Assembly (NCBI GenBank): GCA_050300815.1
Contig: JBNKYI010000034.1
Location: forward strand, 1-12,899
DNA length: 12,899 nucleotides
Direction: 5' to 3'
DNA from: Fibrobacterales bacterium
GTDB lineage: Bacteria > Fibrobacterota > Fibrobacteria > Fibrobacterales > CAWVXU01
Positions 6,374 to 12,899 of the stretch are shown piece by piece. The position numbers and the translations under genes were made by a program. A model generated the notes under the pieces. It saw nothing but the letters and a program-made list of their open reading frames with translations, ran no database searches and had not been told where the DNA came from. Position 1 is the first letter of the stretch. The number at the start of each line of letters is the position of its first letter.

Positions 6374-8239
6374 ATGTCATTCAATCCTCAGAGGGGTTTT
6401 GGCCTCATTTCGTTAAGTGTGCTGATTTTTTTGACCTCCGTTTTTTCGGGGCAAGCCTTCGGGCAAGTTGCGCAAAAACAAATCTATATCCCCACTTTTA
6501 TAACCAACGCAGGGATGGATTTAAATGATTCATCGAGTCAATGGAGCTATCGGCGAAGTGTAGAAACCGAAAATTGGATCATTTTTTGGGAGCCCGGATT
6601 TGGAGCCGACCCCGCGCAAGCTCAAGGTGATTATTATGTCAATATGGAGCAATTGAAACAGACGGCAGAAGAGAGCTTTAAGGTGATGCTTGAAGAACTC
6701 AAGATGGTCGAAAAAGGCAAGTCTAAGACGGATCAATATAAGCAGATGATCTTTTTGCTTTATTCGACAGATTGGAGTGCTTATGGTTCGGGCCAAGATG
6801 ATAAGGTGGGAACCTTGCATGTTAACCCTGCTGCGGCGAATATCCCTACCGTTGTTGCCCACGAGATTGGCCACTGCTTTGAATACATGACGGGTGCCGA
6901 CGTGCCCGGAGGAGGTCTTCGCTATGGCTTCGGGCCCAACGCTTCGGGCGGGAATGGTTTTTGGGAACAAGTGGCTCAATGGCAATCCTTTAAGGTCTAC
7001 CCAAATGAACAATTTAAAGTATGGGATTTTGGCGAATATGTGAAAAACAATCACCTGCACATCATTCATGAAACACCTCGATACGCCAACTACTTTTTGC
7101 CAGACTATTGGGCTTATAAGCGCGGAATCGATTTTATGGGGAAATTGTGGAGAGGGGCCAAGCAACCCGAAGATCCCATCGAAGCTTATCAGAGGTTAAA
7201 TGCGATTTCACAAAGCGAATTTAATGATGAGATGTATGAGCACGCCGCTCGTTTAACCACATGGGATTTGCCCTTGATAAAAAGTTACGGCCAATCCTAT
7301 CTCGCCGCGAGGCCCCAGGTGAAATTCAACGCTGATCAAAATTCCTTTTACAGAATAGATTCGGCAGAGACACTTGAAAATTACGGTTATAATAGCATTC
7401 AACTTGAAATACCCACAATGCAGAGGCGAATCCTTGTCGAATGGGAAGGTCTAGCGGGGGCGCAAGGCTATCGAAATAAGAACTACGAGCAAGCCGGTTG
7501 GCGAGCGGGATTTGTGGCTTTGCTTCAAGATGATTCTCGCATTTATGGACCTATGCAGGCATTTGAATATAAGGGAGGGAATCCTTTAGACTCGATGTTT
7601 TTTGAAGTGCCCCAAAGTGCGAAATCCCTATGGCTTGTCGTTAGTGGTGCCCCACAAAATCATTGGCGACATCCTTGGGATGATGATAATAGCAATGACG
7701 AGCAATGGCCCTATCGCTTGCGATTTACCAATACACAGTTTAAGGGAAGTGCCATCGATCGAGTGCAAACGTTTTATCACATCACGGCAGATACCAGTCT
7801 ATACGGTCAGGTTCGCATTTCAGATGAATGGCTTGCCGAAGGTAAAACGGTTCGTATAGAAGCGATACCTCAAGAGGGTTATTCATTTAATCAATGGCTG
7901 GGAGATCTTGCGGGGCAGGCAAATCCAATACAATGGGAGATGTATAGCGATCTAAAGGTGAGTGCTGAATTTATTTCTCAGACGGTGGCCTTAAATACTT
8001 CAGAGCCTAGGGGGCGTGAACCTGATGGGTCGCTAAATGGAATTGAACAGTTTTTAAATCAAAGTGGAAATCAAATAGAGATTTACAATAGCGAGGGACG
8101 TTTAATGAGCACGGTGCGAAGCCCCAGAGCAATGAATGAGGTCAGCAGCTATCTGGCGAATTCGCCAGGGAATTATCTCTTTGTGTGGGTCGAAAATGGT
8201 TTTAAAACGAAATCTCACCAAGTTTTTATCAAACCTTAA
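6374..8239 (+). CDS. Secreted HEXXH-motif protein (putative zinc-dependent hydrolase, family unresolved) with an InlB-B/Listeria-Bacteroides-type repeat and a C-terminal sorting-like domain (621 aa)
   Basis: AAGGGG Shine-Dalgarno 7 nt upstream. The signal peptide is MSFNPQRGFGLISLSVLIFLTSVFSGQAFGQ. VVAHEIGHCFEY contains HEXXH. IPQEGYSFNQWLGDL matches the bacterial repeat domain pattern. The C-terminal IEIYNSEGRLMS…GNYLFVWVENGFKTKSHQVFIKP resembles a T9SS-type C-terminal domain. Confidence 0.75.
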   Translation: MSFNPQRGFGLISLSVLIFLTSVFSGQAFGQVAQKQIYIPTFITNAGMDLNDSSSQWSYRRSVETENWIIFWEPGFGADPAQAQGDYYVNMEQLKQTAEESFKVMLEELKMVEKGKSKTDQYKQMIFLLYSTDWSAYGSGQDDKVGTLHVNPAAANIPTVVAHEIGHCFEYMTGADVPGGGLRYGFGPNASGGNGFWEQVAQWQSFKVYPNEQFKVWDFGEYVKNNHLHIIHETPRYANYFLPDYWAYKRGIDFMGKLWRGAKQPEDPIEAYQRLNAISQSEFNDEMYEHAARLTTWDLPLIKSYGQSYLAARPQVKFNADQNSFYRIDSAETLENYGYNSIQLEIPTMQRRILVEWEGLAGAQGYRNKNYEQAGWRAGFVALLQDDSRIYGPMQAFEYKGGNPLDSMFFEVPQSAKSLWLVVSGAPQNHWRHPWDDDNSNDEQWPYRLRFTNTQFKGSAIDRVQTFYHITADTSLYGQVRISDEWLAEGKTVRIEAIPQEGYSFNQWLGDLAGQANPIQWEMYSDLKVSAEFISQTVALNTSEPRGREPDGSLNGIEQFLNQSGNQIEIYNSEGRLMSTVRSPRAMNEVSSYLANSPGNYLFVWVENGFKTKSHQVFIKP

Positions 8240-8315
8240 GGTTCGATTTTCGCAAACCGACAACAGCGCGGTTTAAATTGTTACCATTCTGCTACGAATT
8301 CAATGAGGAGGCATA

Positions 8316-9200
8316 GTGGAAAAGAAACTTGCAATCAAAGCTTTACTGATTCCGATCATTCTAATAATTGTCATCGTGAGCGCTTTTACAATGTTTGAAA
8401 CGGTGCCCGCGGGTCACGTTAAGGTGGCGACTTTGTTTGGCAAAGTGGCCACGAGCTATGACGAGGGCTTACACATTGTTAACCCTCTTTACAAATTTCA
8501 CCTTTATGATGTCAGGCAAAAGTCGCTAAAAATGGAACAGGTGGGTGTGCCGAGCATGGATCAAATGATCACTAACTTTGATGTTTCGTTGCAATACCGC
8601 GTCAATAGAGCGATGGTGGCCTCGATTGTCAATGAAACGGGAACTCTGCAACAATTGGTTCAAGTGCACATGGTTCCCAAGTTTAGGTCGTTGTTGCGCG
8701 AGATATCAAAGAGCGTAGAGAGAGCCGAAGACTTTTATCAAAAAGACGTGCAACAAACGGTGCAAACGTCGCTTTTAGAAGGGCTTAGAGAGTATTGTGC
8801 ACCCAAAGGGATCGAAGTGCAAGAGGTGCTGATTCGCGGAGTGCAATTACCTACAGTGATTCGCGAGGCGGTAGAGCGCAAAAAGCGTCGCCAGCAACAA
8901 GCCGAAGAGCAAAAGGCAGAATTGACCCGCTTTAAGGTTGAGCAAGAACAAAAGCTAGCTCAAGCGCAAGCCGAGAGAGCGGCCGCTGAAGAAGAGGCAA
9001 AGAAGATTAAGCTTATGGCCGATGCAGAAGCCTATAAAATTCAAAAGTTAAACCAAGCGATCGCTCGAAATCCGGCATATATTCAACTGCAAGCGATTCA
9101 GGCGATGGAAAAAATTTCTCAAAACCCGGCCAGTCAAGTCTACTTCATCAATGGCGACAGCCCTAACCCTTTGCCTTTAATGAACTTAGGTAAGAAATAA
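8316..9200 (+). CDS. SPFH/band-7 (prohibitin/stomatin/HflKC superfamily) membrane protein, 294 aa, GTG start
   Basis: Strong GGAGG 7 nt upstream of the GTG. The N-terminal TM helix is LLIPIILIIVIVSAF. VPAGHVKVATLFGKV is a typical band-7 domain start. The C-terminus is an A/E/Q/K-rich coiled-coil (…RRQQQAEEQKAELTRFKVEQEQKLAQAQAERAAAEEEAKK…). Confidence 0.75.
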   Translation: MEKKLAIKALLIPIILIIVIVSAFTMFETVPAGHVKVATLFGKVATSYDEGLHIVNPLYKFHLYDVRQKSLKMEQVGVPSMDQMITNFDVSLQYRVNRAMVASIVNETGTLQQLVQVHMVPKFRSLLREISKSVERAEDFYQKDVQQTVQTSLLEGLREYCAPKGIEVQEVLIRGVQLPTVIREAVERKKRRQQQAEEQKAELTRFKVEQEQKLAQAQAERAAAEEEAKKIKLMADAEAYKIQKLNQAIARNPAYIQLQAIQAMEKISQNPASQVYFINGDSPNPLPLMNLGKK

Positions 9201-9346
9201 TACGGGGTGGGGTTATGTTTGCAAATAGGCCTGATTGATTGGAACTTAAATAACCCGCCTATGCGGTGTAAGTTAAAAAAAGCTTGTCTAGATCTCTTTA
9301 AAATTCATACAAAGAAGGTCATGTAACTTAAAGCATTCGACATCTG

Positions 9347-10102
9347 ATGAAACGTGTAGCGACTCTATCTATTTACTGTATTTATTTGTTTTTAACATGG
9401 GTTCGCGCCGATGAACAAGGGCCTTATTTAAGAATTGCCTATGGCCAGCACAATGGAGAACCCTATGTGATGACCACCGAGGGGCGCGTTCTTGCGGGGA
9501 TCGTTAAAGATTTGGGAGATGAATTGGCGGCGCGCCTTCACCTCGTTCCCGAATACGTAAATATTCCTCGCAAAAGACTCGATGGGGCCATTCAAAAAGG
9601 AGACGCTGACGTCAGTTTTATTTCGAGCAAGAAATGGACGCCCAACGAGACCGCTTATCTATGGAGCGAGGTTCTTTTTGTTGAGCGAGATGTTTTTTTA
9701 TTTGTGCGTAAAGCAGATCCCCCCTATGAGAGGTTAGAGCAGATGGAAGGGCTCAAAGTGGGAACCATTTTGGGCTATGTTTATCCCGAGTTAGATTCGC
9801 TGTTTGAGTTGGGATATTTGGTGCGCGATGATGCACTCAATTTAGAGCAAAGCATAAATAAACTGCTCAATGGGAGAGTCGATGTTGTTGTTAATGCCGA
9901 TCGAATGTCTGAGTATTTGGTTAAAAGAAAAAACCTCGCGGGGCTCTTAGAGTTCGGCCGCTTTCCTCTAGATAGCAATGAAATTAGGGCGCGTTTTTCT
10001 CCTGAAAAATTGTTGCCTGTAAAATTTGAACAAATCAATAAAGCCCTCAACGAAATGATCGAAGAGGGCTTTGTCGAAAGAGTATTAGAAAAATACCGCT
10101 AG
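9347..10102 (+). CDS. Periplasmic/secreted solute-binding protein, family 3-like (amino-acid-type transporter substrate-binding domain), 251 aa. It is an orphan: no permease or ATPase lies adjacent.
   Basis: Signal-peptide-like N-terminus (MKRVATLSIYCIYLFLTWVRA). The size and overall pattern fit an SBP_bac_3 fold (…KVGTILGYVYPE…). The assignment is by general resemblance only. The stop at 10100-10102 lies 12 bp from the convergent leuS stop. Confidence 0.5.
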   Translation: MKRVATLSIYCIYLFLTWVRADEQGPYLRIAYGQHNGEPYVMTTEGRVLAGIVKDLGDELAARLHLVPEYVNIPRKRLDGAIQKGDADVSFISSKKWTPNETAYLWSEVLFVERDVFLFVRKADPPYERLEQMEGLKVGTILGYVYPELDSLFELGYLVRDDALNLEQSINKLLNGRVDVVVNADRMSEYLVKRKNLAGLLEFGRFPLDSNEIRARFSPEKLLPVKFEQINKALNEMIEEGFVERVLEKYR

Positions 10103-10114
10103 TGCTCGCTTTGT

Positions 10115-12859
10115 TTATCCCTTGATAACAATATTTATCAATTTGTTGGGTACTGCAATCACCTTGACAATTTCTTTTCCTGCAATCCACTTTTGCATGA
10201 TTTCATCTGTCATAGCCAGTTTTTCCATTTCTGTTTTGGGAAGGTTTGCAGGAACCTCGAGTTTCGCGCGCACCTTGCCGTTGACTTGAAAGACAATCGT
10301 CACCTCATCTTCTTTCATTTTTTCGGCGTCGGCGACGGGGAAAGGGGTAAAGCACAGGTTTTTTTCGCCTAACATTTCCCACAATTCTTCGCCTAAGTGC
10401 GGAGCGAAAGGAGCGAGAATTTGCACAAAAGATTTAGCTGTTTCACGGGGGATGAAATCGAGTTTAGTCAATTCATTGTTGAGAATCATCAAGGCTGAGA
10501 TCGCGGTGTTAAAACGCAAAGCCTCGATGTCTCCGCTGACTTTGTCGATGGTTTGATGCAGCAAGCGCACCAGCTTTTTGTCTGCCGTAGAATCGTTGAC
10601 CTTGAGGGTGCCATCTTCAGCGACAAAATTCTTCCAGACCTTTTGCAAAAAGCGAAATTGACCTTCGAGGCCGGCGGTTTGCCAAGGCTTAGTGGCTTCA
10701 AGGGGGCCCATGAACATTTCGTATAAACGCAGAGCGTCAGCACCGTGGCTTTCGACCACATCGTCAGGGTTTACCACGTTTTTAAGTGACTTAGACATTT
10801 TAGCAACGATTTGCTTGAGTTCTTCACCCGTTTCGATGTGAAAGTACTTGCCAGCATCTTCGCGAACCAAATCAGAGGGTACCTTCGAACCTGAGATCGT
10901 TTCGTAGGCAAAAGCGAGAATCATTCCCTGATTAAAAAGCTTTTGATAGGGCTCAGAGGTCGAAACCACACCGAGATCAAAAAGCACTTTGTGCCAAAAG
11001 CGAGAATACAACAGGTGAAGAACGGCGTGTTCGGCTCCGCCTACGTAAAGGTCGACAGGCATCCAGTAGTTTTCGAGAGCCTCATCAAAGGGGTTTTTGT
11101 CGTTTTGGGGATCAATGTAGCGCAAGTAATACCAGCACGAGCCTGCCCATTGGGGCATAGTGTTGGTTTCGCGACGGCCTTTGCGGCCGTTGGCATCAAT
11201 GACTTCGAGCCATTTGCCTGAGTTGGCTAAGGGAGATTCACCGGTGTCAGAGGGCTTAAATTCTTCGAGCTCGGGCAATGCCAGTGGCAATTCTGCATCT
11301 TCAAGGGTGCTCACCTCGCCGTCTTCCCAGTGAATGATAGGAAAGGGCTCACCCCAATAGCGCTGACGACTAAAGAGCCAATCGCGGATTTTATAGTTGA
11401 TTTTAAACTCGCCCTTGCCCTGATCTTGCAACCACTGGGTGGTTTTTTCAATGGCTTCAGATTTGTTGAGTCCGTTGAGGTCGAGAGAGGCGTTGGCTGA
11501 ATTGATCGCCTGACCTTGGCCAGACCAACACTCTTCGCCTGCGAGAACAGCGGCGCGAATTTCTGCTTGGCCTTCGGGTGTTTTGAGACGTTCGCCGATT
11601 TCATTGCGATTCCATTTATGACAAGCGGTATGGTCGGCTTTGGCTCCTTTAAAATCGGGCTCTTGAATACAGATCACAGGAATGTCAAAGGTTTTGGCAA
11701 ATTCAAAATCCCGTTGATCGTGAGCGGGAACGGCCATGATGGCACCTGTGCCGTAACCCGTTAAAACGTAATCGGCGACCCAAATGGGGATTTCTCTGCC
11801 AGTGAGGGGATTGATCCCATAAGATCCCGTAAAGACACCCGTTTTTTCTTTAGAAAGCTCGGTGCGCTCAAGCTCAGATTTAAGAGTCGCTTTAGTAACG
11901 TAGGCTGCAACAACTTGTTTTTGCTCTGCCGAAGTCAGCGCGTCTAAGAGAGGGTGCTCGGGAGCGACGACCATGTAAGTGGCACCGAATAGAGTGTCGG
12001 GACGGGTGGTGTAAACGCGCAATTTGCTGTTGAGGCCGTTAACTTCAAAATCCACCTCGGCTCCTGTCGAACGGCCGATCCAGTTGCGTTGCATGTCTTT
12101 AACGCCTTCGGGCCAATCAAGTGCGTCGAGCCCTTCAATTAAGCGTTCGGCATAATGAGGGATACGCAGTTGCCATTGCTTAAGGTCTTTGCGAAAAACA
12201 TTTTTTGTGCCACATTTTTCGTGACTGCCATCTTGTAGCACCTCTTCGTTGGCGCATACTGTTTTGCAGTGATCACACCACCAAACTTGAGCGTTGTCGT
12301 AATAGGCTAGGCGCTTTTCTGCTTGGTATGCCCGCACGGCCTCTTTACCTGCAGCTTCAACTTCTGCGGGAATGGGCAACTCATTGATGGGGCGGCCCTT
12401 TTGGGTTTCTTTGTCAAACCAAGTGTTGTACAGGCGAATGAAGATCCATTGTGTCCATTTGTAATAGGTGGGATCAGTGGTGTTGATCTCGCGATCCCAA
12501 TCGTAACTCAACCCTAGACTTTTGATTTGGCGTTTAAAATTGTCACAATTTTTTTGAGTGGTGATCGCGGGGTGAGTTCCCGTTTGAATTGCGTACTGTT
12601 CGGCGGGTAGACCGAAGGCGTCCCAGCCCATGGGATGCAATACATTAAAGCCCTTGGCGCGCTTATAGCGACAAATGATGTCTGTCGCAGTATAACCTTC
12701 GGGGTGACCGACGTGCAAACCGTTGCCACTTGGATAGGGAAACATGTCTAAGCAATAAAACTTGGGTTTGCTTAAGTCATTTGTGGTTTTAAAGGTTTGA
12801 TTGGCTTCCCAAAAATTTTGCCATTTGGGCTCGATCTCGCTGGGGGTGTATTTACTCAT
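10115..12859 (-). CDS. leuS: Leucine--tRNA ligase (leucyl-tRNA synthetase), complete, 914 aa
   Basis: The translation shows class I synthetase motifs: [10 protein letters not shown] (HIGH-type), KMSKS ([13 protein letters not shown]), the conserved LeuRS N-terminus …KWQNFWE…[12 protein letters not shown]…, and the zinc-binding CDHCKTVC region. The start is at 12859 with AGGA about 8 nt upstream on the - strand. Confidence 0.95.
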   Translation of the reverse strand: MSKYTPSEIEPKWQNFWEANQTFKTTNDLSKPKFYCLDMFPYPSGNGLHVGHPEGYTATDIICRYKRAKGFNVLHPMGWDAFGLPAEQYAIQTGTHPAITTQKNCDNFKRQIKSLGLSYDWDREINTTDPTYYKWTQWIFIRLYNTWFDKETQKGRPINELPIPAEVEAAGKEAVRAYQAEKRLAYYDNAQVWWCDHCKTVCANEEVLQDGSHEKCGTKNVFRKDLKQWQLRIPHYAERLIEGLDALDWPEGVKDMQRNWIGRSTGAEVDFEVNGLNSKLRVYTTRPDTLFGATYMVVAPEHPLLDALTSAEQKQVVAAYVTKATLKSELERTELSKEKTGVFTGSYGINPLTGREIPIWVADYVLTGYGTGAIMAVPAHDQRDFEFAKTFDIPVICIQEPDFKGAKADHTACHKWNRNEIGERLKTPEGQAEIRAAVLAGEECWSGQGQAINSANASLDLNGLNKSEAIEKTTQWLQDQGKGEFKINYKIRDWLFSRQRYWGEPFPIIHWEDGEVSTLEDAELPLALPELEEFKPSDTGESPLANSGKWLEVIDANGRKGRRETNTMPQWAGSCWYYLRYIDPQNDKNPFDEALENYWMPVDLYVGGAEHAVLHLLYSRFWHKVLFDLGVVSTSEPYQKLFNQGMILAFAYETISGSKVPSDLVREDAGKYFHIETGEELKQIVAKMSKSLKNVVNPDDVVESHGADALRLYEMFMGPLEATKPWQTAGLEGQFRFLQKVWKNFVAEDGTLKVNDSTADKKLVRLLHQTIDKVSGDIEALRFNTAISALMILNNELTKLDFIPRETAKSFVQILAPFAPHLGEELWEMLGEKNLCFTPFPVADAEKMKEDEVTIVFQVNGKVRAKLEVPANLPKTEMEKLAMTDEIMQKWIAGKEIVKVIAVPNKLINIVIKG

Positions 12860-12899
12860 GGGTTGTCCTGGGTTTTGCGCAATTTTTTGGGCCCAAAGG

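Noticed and set aside
6530-7165. 211-aa ORF on the - strand, plus other 60-97-aa ORFs (for example 1420-1605, 2804-2989, 3823-4059, 4605-4889, 5232-5498, 10489-10761, 11311-11604)
   Set aside because: All lie fully antisense to, or nested inside, long ORFs with clear homology and motif support. No RBS or family features were seen. They are treated as frame-shadow artefacts.
4213-8239. Assigning the host to Bacteroidetes because of the T9SS-like C-terminal domains
   Set aside because: Clear Shine-Dalgarno sequences (GGAGG, AAGGGG, AGGTG) and a type I-E CRISPR are atypical for Bacteroidetes. Taxonomy is left open.
8240-8290. Weak inverted repeat AAACCG…CGGTTT after the HEXXH gene as a terminator
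   Set aside because: The stem is only 6 bp and A/T-rich, with a 9-nt loop and no convincing U-tract.

Overview
The window opens inside a type I-E-style CRISPR array (29-bp repeats, 32-nt spacers, degenerate last repeat ending at 328). The array reads 5'-GTGTTCC...CCG-3' on the + strand, so the leader and any cas genes should lie upstream of coordinate 1, outside the window. Next to the array's trailer end is a low-GC block that looks like a defense island. It holds an AbiEi/AbiEii-like type IV toxin-antitoxin pair with an ATGA start/stop overlap. It also holds an unclassified 653-aa orphan protein with an N-terminal HTH-like segment and a C-terminal segment resembling the XPB 'helicase-associated'/damage-recognition domain. 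The rest of the window is ordinary chromosomal content. There is a higher-GC secreted clan GH-A glycoside hydrolase (GH44-like) on the - strand with a bidirectional hairpin terminator. A divergent secreted HEXXH-motif protein follows. Both carry beta-rich C-terminal tails resembling sorting domains. Then come an SPFH/band-7 membrane protein, an orphan family-3 solute-binding protein and a complete leucyl-tRNA synthetase on the - strand. Shine-Dalgarno sites are used (GGAGG, AAGGGG, AGGTG), which argues against a Bacteroidetes host despite the T9SS-like tails. The most interesting object is the 653-aa orphan between the AbiE pair and the glycosidase. Short repeats in intergenic regions (two tandem copies of the perfect palindrome GAGGTACCTC, and a 15-mer shared by two upstream regions) are candidate operator sites.
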